DNA of 64,000 bases from Candidatus Helarchaeota archaeon (lineage in GTDB: Archaea; Asgardarchaeota; Lokiarchaeia; Helarchaeales; RDOG01): contig JAHPZH010000004.1 of the NCBI GenBank assembly GCA_019058315.1, forward strand, positions 96,001 to 160,000. Reading direction: 5' to 3'. A program made the position numbers and the translations under genes. Within the stretch, counting starts at the first letter, position 1. The number at the start of each line of letters is the position of its first letter. The notes beneath the pieces were generated by a model, which did no database searches, had not been told where the DNA came from, and worked only from the letters and a program-made list of their open reading frames with translations. Positions 19,188-28,060 of the stretch are shown one piece after another.

Positions 19188-20642
19188 ATGATTAGGGGTA
19201 AGTTGTTTATGCCGGAAGATAAGAATTCAATAATTAAAAGGATAAGGGATGTATGTGAAAAAAAAAGAAAAGAATTTATAGAAATATTTACTAAATTTAT
19301 AGAAACACCTTCAATATCTGCTTGGAAAGAGCCAGAAACGCTTTATAAAATTGTTGAAAAAGCAAAAACTTTATTAAAATCATGTGCTGTATCTACAATT
19401 ATCCATGATGAATATGATTCCAATTATCCATTGTTAACCGGTGAAACCAATTCTTCTGAGGCCACAAAATCAAAAAAAATCTTTTTTTTAGGTCATTTAG
19501 ACGTCCAACCTCCTGGCGAAATTGAAAAATGGACAAAACTTTCAGATCCTTTTAAGCCCCTACAAAAAGAAGGCAAACTATATGGGAGAGGTAGTTTGGA
19601 TACAAAATCACAAATTTCTGCACAAATTATTGCGCTTAAGATTCTAAATGAATTAAAAATCAAGATTAAAGCGCTTGATTTCTTGTATACTACCGATGAG
19701 GAAATTGGTTCATTAAAATCAACGTTAAAATTTTTTGAGAAATTATCAAAAAATAAATTCGATACAAATGATTATCATGGTGCAATTAACGGAGAAAATA
19801 CAAATGAACGTATTGTTTTAGGCTGCAAAGGAATCATTAAATTGAAATTTATTGCAAAAAACCCTCTTGGAAGGATGCATTCAGGAAAATCAATGTTTCA
19901 CGCTTATCATCCAATCATAAATTTAGCAGAATTTCTCTCTAAAATACGGAATGAAAATAAAATTCTTATTGAGAAATTAAATTTATTGAATCCAAAAATT
20001 AGAATTATCAAGGATAAAGATTTAGTAAATAAAAAATATGAAAATACTAATGAAATACTGCTTTCTGAAAACGGGTTAAAGTTAGCTGTAGGTTCAAAAT
20101 TATGGGATGATTTTATCTCTGCTGGATGGAGTACTGAACAGATCGGAGAGAAATTTGCGTCAATTAGCTTTAATCCTGATAATTTTCTATCCGGAAGCAA
20201 GGAAAGTCAAACTATAGTTCCAGACGAAGCTATATCCGAGGTAGATATACGAATTCCACCTAAAATAGCCCCAACCAAAATAATAGAAATATTAAAACAA
20301 ATAACTGACCAATTTCCTTATATTACTATGGAAATTATTATGCCAAATTCTTCTGATATTAATAAATATTTTCAAGGTGCATTCACATCTCCAGCAAATC
20401 CCTTTGTTCAAAAATTCTACCAGAATTGTATGTTTGTATATGATCAGCCTAGAATTTTTATGCCATTTAGCTCAGGTACAAGTGATGACCGATTTATAGA
20501 AGTATTAGGGCTCCCACACGTGAAGTTTGGTGCTACAGGTCAAAATAACCATGGATACGATGAATGGGTTGATTTATCAAGTTTTTTTCGTGTTATTCAA
20601 GTTTACACGTTAATGATGGCAGATTTAGAATTAGATCAATAA
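19188..20642 (+). CDS. M20/M25/M40 metallo-hydrolase (ArgE/DapE/dipeptidase-like)
   Basis: GHLDVQP, YGRGSLD.K, DEEIGS, NHGYDE metal-binding motifs. Confidence 0.9.
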   Translation: MIRGKLFMPEDKNSIIKRIRDVCEKKRKEFIEIFTKFIETPSISAWKEPETLYKIVEKAKTLLKSCAVSTIIHDEYDSNYPLLTGETNSSEATKSKKIFFLGHLDVQPPGEIEKWTKLSDPFKPLQKEGKLYGRGSLDTKSQISAQIIALKILNELKIKIKALDFLYTTDEEIGSLKSTLKFFEKLSKNKFDTNDYHGAINGENTNERIVLGCKGIIKLKFIAKNPLGRMHSGKSMFHAYHPIINLAEFLSKIRNENKILIEKLNLLNPKIRIIKDKDLVNKKYENTNEILLSENGLKLAVGSKLWDDFISAGWSTEQIGEKFASISFNPDNFLSGSKESQTIVPDEAISEVDIRIPPKIAPTKIIEILKQITDQFPYITMEIIMPNSSDINKYFQGAFTSPANPFVQKFYQNCMFVYDQPRIFMPFSSGTSDDRFIEVLGLPHVKFGATGQNNHGYDEWVDLSSFFRVIQVYTLMMADLELDQ

Positions 20643-20671
20643 GGATAAAATAACTAATCCTAAAGATTAAC

Positions 20672-22054
20672 TTAATTAGTTTTATTAATAGGTAAATATT
20701 TGTCCCATTGATTAAATGACAGTATTTCATCATATTTATTACAAATTATATTAAAAATCTGACATGTTGCACAAAATATATCGACTATATCTTCATCGTT
20801 TAAATCAAGAATTTTGAGAATTTCAGGAGAGATCCCCCAAGCTCTTTCAAAGTCAACTCCCCAATCACCACATATATTTACAACAAATTCATCCTTTGTA
20901 AATTTGCCTGTATGAGGAGCTTTTGCTATACGTATACTTCCTCCCACTGGAACAATATTTCCATCTTCTTGAACTACATTAATTCGGAGATCAAATGTCC
21001 TCTTTGAATTTTTCCAATTAATTAATTTGAATTGAGCCATTTCCTGGATAGTATATGGAAAAGGATTTCGTGATGTATTAAATTTTTGATGAAAATCAGA
21101 AATTGAATCTTCAATTATTTTTGGAATTTGTTGGATAGGGGTATTTGTAATAAAAGGTTTAATTCCAGCACCACCTGAACCTCCAAATGGTTTTAAAACA
21201 AAATTCTTATTCATATTGTTAATCGATTTCATTATTTCTTCAAGTTTGTTTTTAGAAAACACTCTTGCAAATATAAGGGGGTGAATTCGATATTTTTCTA
21301 AAATATCGTATCCCATGTATATGGCTACATATGTACTTGCCTTATCATCAGTCACAGGATAAATTGGATTAATAATTTTAGTTTTAATGCCTCTCCAATT
21401 GTCCTTTTGAAAATCTTTATCAGGGAATCTTCTTACAATACCATCTCCGATAAGAACATGTATTTTATCATCTAAAAACGTAAAATATTGATTTTTATAA
21501 TCCAAAAATTCAAATAAATTTTGATAATTAGAATAAATTAAGATAATATCATCAATACTTTTTTGTGGGTTATTATAATTGAAAATATTATATATTCCTA
21601 CTCTAATTCCCTCTTTCTTATACATATATCTCAAATACTCGCCTAACATAATTTTTTCTTGATAAAGGTCGTCTTTAGGTAAGGTTCCTATGAGTACTCT
21701 TTTCTGCTTAACACCATTAATATTGTCTATTGCACTCTTAAAGGCATTAAAAATCATTTCTATCTGATCAAATGTAGTAGCGAAGAGTCCTCTTGTGGAA
21801 CCTCCATTAGTTTCTAAAATTACGAATTTCCTTTGATTATTATGTTCTGTAACCATAAAATCGACAGAGCCTACATAGAATAATCTTTTATCAGGAAGTC
21901 TCGGCCAATTGCCCATTTTTTTTAGAGCTTTTTCACGAATCTGATCTACAAACTTATTATCTTGCTTTTGTCGTGTTGGTTCTAATGAGGTTAAATCTTT
22001 ATCAAAATATTTAGATAAATGAATGATACGATCTAATTCGTTTTTTAAATTCAT
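20672..22054 (-). CDS. Circularly permuted ATP-grasp ligase (TTL/YheCD-like motifs)
   Basis: N-terminal VDFMV...ILETN; later DDK, VLKPFGGSGGAGI, IQE, FDLR, RIA...VVN. Confidence 0.72.
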   Translation of the reverse strand: MNLKNELDRIIHLSKYFDKDLTSLEPTRQKQDNKFVDQIREKALKKMGNWPRLPDKRLFYVGSVDFMVTEHNNQRKFVILETNGGSTRGLFATTFDQIEMIFNAFKSAIDNINGVKQKRVLIGTLPKDDLYQEKIMLGEYLRYMYKKEGIRVGIYNIFNYNNPQKSIDDIILIYSNYQNLFEFLDYKNQYFTFLDDKIHVLIGDGIVRRFPDKDFQKDNWRGIKTKIINPIYPVTDDKASTYVAIYMGYDILEKYRIHPLIFARVFSKNKLEEIMKSINNMNKNFVLKPFGGSGGAGIKPFITNTPIQQIPKIIEDSISDFHQKFNTSRNPFPYTIQEMAQFKLINWKNSKRTFDLRINVVQEDGNIVPVGGSIRIAKAPHTGKFTKDEFVVNICGDWGVDFERAWGISPEILKILDLNDEDIVDIFCATCQIFNIICNKYDEILSFNQWDKYLPINKTN

Positions 22055-22096
22055 AAACCCACCATTTTTATTAGATTTTAAGGACCAAAAAATATT

Positions 22097-23305
22097 CTAA
22101 ATTTTTAAGACGTATTGAGGGATTAAACGTGCTAAAATATCGGCCATACCTAGCTCAACAGTCTTTAAGACAACACCCTTGCCTCGATAATCAAATTCCA
22201 TCTCTCGCACTTCGGAACAAATTTTGCTACCAACATCATTTGCCATATCTAAGATAAAATATCGTTCTCCTTTAATCTGAATTACTTCAACTACATTAAC
22301 AACGTCTGAAAATGAATAACCCCCACCATGAGGTGCAATATTAAGATTTTTCAGTCTATTTAAGACCCCTATTTTTTCTGCTCGTTTTTCAAATCCCAAT
22401 AGTTCGATTATTTCATCATCTAAATTTGGTTTACCCGTCATTAAAAATGCTGGTAAATCAGCTCTTAATGCTATAGGAAAGGGACTTGAATTTGCATCAC
22501 TAATATCATGGGCACCAAGCATTAATTCATTATAATTTAAAAGACCTTGATGTGTAATATTATTAATTATTTTATATTTTCCAAAAATTGCTTCTGCAGC
22601 CAATTTTCTTTTTTCTTTAGCGAACCATTCAGCATATTTATAAAAATTATAATATTCTTTAACATCTGAATCGATTAAAACATGTAATTTTCCAAAAATT
22701 GTTTTAACTATTTTTGCTCGTTCTCGGAGAGCTTCACTTTTATCAAAGTATAATCCTATTCCCTTCTCTGTTTCATTACGTAGTTCTGATACCGATCCAT
22801 GCATAATAAATGCATATTCTGGTAAATCTACATCTAGGGAGCGTTTAACAACCTTAAATAAGTCAATAAAATGATTCCCCTTATACATATCCCATTCAAT
22901 TTTAAAATTATCTATATATAAATCTTTTTTAACTTCATGAATTGCTTCAATTAATTCAGAGGGCTTTGGAAGTTCCTCTAAAGCTCCAACTAACATCCCA
23001 CAAGCATTAGGTTTACTGTCTAAAATTATAAATTTATCCTTTCCAGAACCCCAAGATAGTTTTCCTCCATAGCCAAATCCCGCTTTCCAACGTGCAGTAT
23101 TTCGGGTTATAGTTTCGTCAGGAGTTGAAACGAAAGTGGCGTGTGGTGAAAAACCAAATTCTTCTTGTGCCAAATGAATTTTTGCCAAGCCATACTTCAT
23201 GTTCGCTCGGCATAAATAAGAAGCTCCATCACCTACTCCAGTAGAAAAATAATGTCTTTTTGCCCGTTTTAATAATTCAGTCTTCTCTAAACTTACAAGT
23301 GTCAT
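22097..23305 (-). CDS. Divergent RtcB-family GTP-dependent ligase
   Basis: Ordered RtcB-like motifs PD..GFGYGG, NACG, GNHF, MHGS, THQ, PHGGG, terminal ARLIP..VLK. Confidence 0.75.
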   Translation of the reverse strand: MTLVSLEKTELLKRAKRHYFSTGVGDGASYLCRANMKYGLAKIHLAQEEFGFSPHATFVSTPDETITRNTARWKAGFGYGGKLSWGSGKDKFIILDSKPNACGMLVGALEELPKPSELIEAIHEVKKDLYIDNFKIEWDMYKGNHFIDLFKVVKRSLDVDLPEYAFIMHGSVSELRNETEKGIGLYFDKSEALRERAKIVKTIFGKLHVLIDSDVKEYYNFYKYAEWFAKEKRKLAAEAIFGKYKIINNITHQGLLNYNELMLGAHDISDANSSPFPIALRADLPAFLMTGKPNLDDEIIELLGFEKRAEKIGVLNRLKNLNIAPHGGGYSFSDVVNVVEVIQIKGERYFILDMANDVGSKICSEVREMEFDYRGKGVVLKTVELGMADILARLIPQYVLKI

Positions 23306-23329
23306 ATAAAGATCTATCCTTTTGAATAT

Positions 23330-23911
23330 TTAAAAAATTTCCAATTGATTCTTAAGCTCTATTAAATAATTTTTAATAATTTTTGAATTTAATTCCACAA
23401 ATTTCTTAGCTTTATTACTATAAAAATTTGGAATTTCGTTAATACGCCATTCTAACTTTTTAATCATACAATCAAAATCTTTTTTTCGTAAGGCACAAGA
23501 TAACAAGGCTCTCATCAATCCTATAGGACCGAAAAGATCCATACCATCTGCATCATATAAGACTTTTGCTTCCAAACTTTCAGGTTTTTTTTCAGCATAT
23601 TGTCTACTATGGCATAAAATACAGTCTGTAATTTTTTTTATTGTATTTTTGTCAATTCCTTTCGATAATAATATTTTTTCAGTCATTTCGGCACTAATTA
23701 CATTATGCTTAGTACGATCAATCTTATGTCCAATATCATGTAACAATATGGAACATTGAATTATATCCCAGTCAGCATTAACTTCTTTATTTATCATCAA
23801 AGCATATTTTAATAATCTTTCAATATGCGGCCATCCATGTAAGATATCTTTCGGCATATTTTCTATTGCAAACTTTTTGACTTCTGGAATTAATTTATTT
23901 ATATTAATCAT
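23330..23911 (-). CDS. HD-domain phosphohydrolase
   Basis: HG..H..R, LLHDIG, H...SA, CH, LYDAD.MD..G..G. Confidence 0.9.
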   Translation of the reverse strand: MININKLIPEVKKFAIENMPKDILHGWPHIERLLKYALMINKEVNADWDIIQCSILLHDIGHKIDRTKHNVISAEMTEKILLSKGIDKNTIKKITDCILCHSRQYAEKKPESLEAKVLYDADGMDLFGPIGLMRALLSCALRKKDFDCMIKKLEWRINEIPNFYSNKAKKFVELNSKIIKNYLIELKNQLEIF

Positions 23912-23921
23912 CGTGATTTTA

Positions 23922-25535
23922 CTAATTTAAATTAATCCAATATTGACCCATTAATTGCGAAGAATTTGTTTTTACAAGTACTTTATTGACTTCTACAAGT
24001 CCATCTTCATAACAATCAATGACATTATATGTGTTCAGATCCATATCCAAATAATCTCTAGAAGATAAAGTGCCACAAGTTGAAAATACTGTATCTTCCA
24101 ATTGAATTGAAAAAGAGATATGATTATGACCTGTAAGAATAAAATGAATATTATTTTCTGGTTCTGTAAAAAATTTTATTACATTTCCTGCATCACTTAA
24201 CATATAATTAAATTTGGTTTTTGGATGGGGAATTAAATTATGATATAAAGCTACGATATTAATTTTATTTTTGGGTTTTTCTTTGAATATTTTAATTACT
24301 TCATTCATTCTTTTTCTACCTATAATCCCACTCTCAATTGCAGGATCTATAGAATTTATACCAGCAATTCTTATTTTATCATTCTCATAAAAAGGTTCTA
24401 AAGTTCCAATAAATTCTGGAAATAAATCCCAGCCGATCGTTTTTAAATCATTATCCCCTGGAATTATAATCTTATGTGCCATAATTTTATCTAATTCTGC
24501 TACAGCTTTCTTATATTCAACATATTGATTAGCATTAGTAACATCCCCCGTGTGAACAACAAGATCAGCATTTAATGTATTTATTTGTTTAACAGCCTTT
24601 TTATACATATCTTCTCTAAAATTGCCAGAAGAGAAATGTGTATTACCAATATGCGCTATTCTAAAATTTAATTTCTTATCAAATTTTGGGGGTGTTGGAT
24701 AAAAAACTCTATTTATATATCTTCCCCGTTTTATTCTCTCCCCATTAATTAATTTTTTAGTTCTAAATAACACTGCCTTTTCAAAAATATCTAAAATAGT
24801 ATAAGTAAATAATTCCTTATATCGGGTTTTATTGCAAGAAAATGTTCCGCCGTTAAACATCACCAATTCTTCTTCGCCATCTGAACATGAATAAACATTA
24901 GAAATATGTCGATGCCCATTTAATATTAGATCAATATTAGTTTCCAAAATCATTTTTAAAGCATCACCACTGTCAATTACAGCAGATCTTTCACGTCCAG
25001 TTAGCGGAATAGGCAATAAATGGTGGTGAAAACAAAAAATTCTAGTCTTATCGGAATTATTTAAAAATTGTTCTCGAGTTTTTTCAATAGCCCTCCTACC
25101 AATTTTTCCAGAATCTTGATCCGGGATAGAACTATCAATTCCTATTATTAAAAGATCTTTTTCGTCAATTTTAAACGTCCTGGAATCAAAAAATTCTTCA
25201 AAAAGCAAATAACCAACGTTCTTTGCGTCGTGATTCCCTGGGATACAAAAAAATATATCTTTATTGATTGGTTTTAATAATTCTAAAGCATATTGATAAT
25301 CTAAATAGGTTCCACCGTGTGTTAAGTCTCCTAAATGTATTATATAATCCACTTTTTTAATTTTATTTATTTCCTCAATACCTTTATTATATATCTCCAA
25401 ATTAAAAATAGGACTATTTGAAATATGTGAATCTGAAATTAAAATAATTCTTTTTGGTTTACCTTCTAATGGAACTGAATCTATTTTCTTCTTATAACGT
25501 GCATAATGGGGAAAATATTTAGTATTAATCTTCAT
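23922..25535 (-). CDS. Tandem two-domain calcineurin-like (CpdA/Icc-type) metallophosphoesterase
   Basis: Domain 1 SDSH/GDLT/PGNHD/HHH/GHRH; domain 2 GNTH/GDVT/PGDND/YHN/GHNH. Confidence 0.9.
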   Translation of the reverse strand: MKINTKYFPHYARYKKKIDSVPLEGKPKRIILISDSHISNSPIFNLEIYNKGIEEINKIKKVDYIIHLGDLTHGGTYLDYQYALELLKPINKDIFFCIPGNHDAKNVGYLLFEEFFDSRTFKIDEKDLLIIGIDSSIPDQDSGKIGRRAIEKTREQFLNNSDKTRIFCFHHHLLPIPLTGRERSAVIDSGDALKMILETNIDLILNGHRHISNVYSCSDGEEELVMFNGGTFSCNKTRYKELFTYTILDIFEKAVLFRTKKLINGERIKRGRYINRVFYPTPPKFDKKLNFRIAHIGNTHFSSGNFREDMYKKAVKQINTLNADLVVHTGDVTNANQYVEYKKAVAELDKIMAHKIIIPGDNDLKTIGWDLFPEFIGTLEPFYENDKIRIAGINSIDPAIESGIIGRKRMNEVIKIFKEKPKNKINIVALYHNLIPHPKTKFNYMLSDAGNVIKFFTEPENNIHFILTGHNHISFSIQLEDTVFSTCGTLSSRDYLDMDLNTYNVIDCYEDGLVEVNKVLVKTNSSQLMGQYWINLN

Positions 25536-25960
25536 TTTTCTAAGTAGTAATTTTGATTATTTTAAGGTAATTAAGAATTATTTTATATAAATTAATTGCT
25601 AATAACTCTCTTAAATTTTATTTCTGAAAATAAAATTTCAAAAAATTGTTAATTTAAATTAGGTACAATTAAAGGTTCCTTTAATTAAATGAAATATTTG
25701 AATAGATTTTCTCATTTAACGTTAAAATTTTGTGTTCATCTCAGTTGAATTAAAAATCTATTTTATTAAATATGGATCATACTTTTAAGTTATTCTAACA
25801 TTTTATTAATAGTCTAACTATTATCTGTTAAAATGTCAAAGCTTATTCAGTACAAAAATAAGTCCAAAAATCAGATTATTTTAAACTTATTTTTAAACTA
25901 TTTACTTTATAAAAAAATCGTTATTTTTAACACATAAGTAAAAATGGAGTAGAAAAATAT

Positions 25961-26035
25961 ATGTCCAAGAAAAAAAAATCAAAAGGAAAATCTAAAAAAC
26001 AAGCGTCAAAGAACAAAAGTAAAGAAACTAAATAA
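25961..26035 (+). CDS. Putative 24-aa Lys-rich micropeptide MSKKKKSKGKSKKQASKNKSKETK
   Basis: ATG with GGAG at 25946-25949 and TTTATA box upstream, isolated in a long intergenic region. Confidence 0.45.
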   Translation: MSKKKKSKGKSKKQASKNKSKETK

Positions 26036-26298
26036 ATAGAAAATACAAAAACGGGATAAAACAAAAGAAAATATTTTTTTACCAAACCTTTTTCTTTATA
26101 TTTCAAAAATTTAACAAATAATAAATGGAAAATTCTTGTTTTTTGTTTATGCTTAAAAAAATAAGATAAAATACTTCCAAAATAAGAAAATTCTTTTTTG
26201 AACAAAATATTTTATTTCTAATTGATTTCTTTTATTAATCACAATTAGTTATATCAAAATTGAAGATTCTCTATAATTCTTATAAAGTGAGTTCCTAA

Positions 26299-27129
26299 AT
26301 GCCATTAGCCAGTGTAATTTTTTATTTTTCACAGCAAGGTAGTACTAAAAAAATTGCTGAAAAAATTGCAGAAGGTTTAAACCAAGGAGAAAACAGATGT
26401 GAGTTAGTAAGATTCACTAAGCTTACAAAAGATTTGGAAATGATTAAGAATTTCGATTTTTCAAAATATAGTCTAATTGGTTTTGGAACACCCGTTTATT
26501 ATTTTTACCCTCCACATCATCTATTCAAAGTTTTTGAGTCTCTACCTGATTTAAGTCATGTAAATGGTTTTCTTTTTTGTACTAGTGGGGGTAATCCTGG
26601 GGCTTGTTTGTATAAGATAAAAAATATTCTTGATAAAAAAGGATTTAAAATAATTGATGGCTATGATAAATGGATCGGACTCGATCAACACCGTTGTTAT
26701 AGTCATTTTAAAGAATCGGCACTTCCTTCAAGTTTGGGACATCCGAATCCAGGAGAACTTGCTGAGGCAAAAGAATTTGGTAAAAATTTAATTCATAAAA
26801 CCCTTGATCCAAATTCACCAGAAAAAAAGGATTTTTGGTCAAAAGATAATAAATGGGCAGAAGGGGGATGGAAGGGAAGATCCGAACCGTTTATGGAGAA
26901 ATGGTTCCCAGAATTTAAGCTGAATGAAGAAAAATGTACTCAATGTGGTAAATGTGCTGAATTATGTCCTGTTGATGCGATTGTTTTAGATCCATACCCT
27001 CAATGGGTGAAAGATTGTGATCGGTGTTATTTGTGTGATCTTTACTGCCCTGAGCAAGCAATTGAATGTGACTGGTCTAAACAATGTGCATTTATGGATA
27101 ATATATTAAAAAGAGCTAAAAAGAAATGA
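26299..27129 (+). CDS. Flavodoxin-ferredoxin fusion (EFR1 family)
   Basis: YFSQQGST flavodoxin motif; CTQCGKCAELCP and CDRCYLCDLYCP 4Fe-4S motifs. Confidence 0.9.
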   Translation: MPLASVIFYFSQQGSTKKIAEKIAEGLNQGENRCELVRFTKLTKDLEMIKNFDFSKYSLIGFGTPVYYFYPPHHLFKVFESLPDLSHVNGFLFCTSGGNPGACLYKIKNILDKKGFKIIDGYDKWIGLDQHRCYSHFKESALPSSLGHPNPGELAEAKEFGKNLIHKTLDPNSPEKKDFWSKDNKWAEGGWKGRSEPFMEKWFPEFKLNEEKCTQCGKCAELCPVDAIVLDPYPQWVKDCDRCYLCDLYCPEQAIECDWSKQCAFMDNILKRAKKK

Positions 27130-27172
27130 AAAATTTAACCTCTATAAAATTTTGAAAATTTAAAACTAAATA

Positions 27173-28060
27173 TTATTGACCTGTATCAATATATTGCGTT
27201 TTAAATCCTTCTTCACTCCCATATATATTTAAATAAACGTCTTTAATAAATTCTTTCTTATATTTAAAAATTAGATTTGGATCATCTGTAAGTAAGACAA
27301 AATCCATTCTAATATGTGATAGAACATCACTAACATAGTATTCCGGGGAATAATTTAATAATTTTTCATATTTTTTACAAATTTCATCTAATTTTTGGAC
27401 GGTTTTAGCTGGGTTTTTTTTAGGAAGATCTAGAACAAACCAATATCTTGTAATTTCTTTTTTAAAGAAAATATCTTTAAATTTTTCCTTATCTGCAGTT
27501 TTTAGCATATCTTTTGTAATTGTAAAATTAATTATTTCAGCATTGATTATTGATAAATTAGAAATCATATGTACAGCTCCAGAAGGTCTTCTTAATTTCG
27601 TATAATTTAAACTCACTCCTTCAACAATTCCCTCTTGATTCATTATTTGTATAAGATCTCCTAATCTATAAGGTCTCGTGAATAATATGTATAAACCAGC
27701 AATAAAATTCTGTAAAATAGTAGTTGTTGAAAAAGCAATTATTGAACCTGTGATTGCCGAAATTAAAATTGCGACCTCTGGAGGAAGCCCTCCAGGTACT
27801 AAACTAGCTGATGCAGCAGTAAATAAAATAACTATAAAAATAATAATCGCCAAACGAAATATTATTTTTATACCATTATAAAGATGTAAAGAAAATTTCT
27901 TTCTTATTATAACTTTTTTAATAATGAATAGTATTATTGTAGAAATTATTAAAACTGCTACAACAATTATAGTGAAATATATCCAAGAAACCAAATAATC
28001 CCAAAATGTTGGAGGAGGAAAGATACGAACTGTAAAAAGTTGAGAGATCCATTCAAACAT
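27173..28060 (-). CDS. MscS-family mechanosensitive channel protein
   Basis: Three TMs, LQNFIAG...RPYRLGDLIQI...G.V..V.L.YT. Confidence 0.85.
   Translation of the reverse strand: MFEWISQLFTVRIFPPPTFWDYLVSWIYFTIIVVAVLIISTIILFIIKKVIIRKKFSLHLYNGIKIIFRLAIIIFIVILFTAASASLVPGGLPPEVAILISAITGSIIAFSTTTILQNFIAGLYILFTRPYRLGDLIQIMNQEGIVEGVSLNYTKLRRPSGAVHMISNLSIINAEIINFTITKDMLKTADKEKFKDIFFKKEITRYWFVLDLPKKNPAKTVQKLDEICKKYEKLLNYSPEYYVSDVLSHIRMDFVLLTDDPNLIFKYKKEFIKDVYLNIYGSEEGFKTQYIDTGQ

Noticed and set aside
25927-26205. 92-aa Phe-rich minus-strand ORF, and similar ORFs at 33895-34098 and 33914-34186
   Set aside because: Mirror translations of poly-A/purine-rich tracts; no RBS or recognisable family
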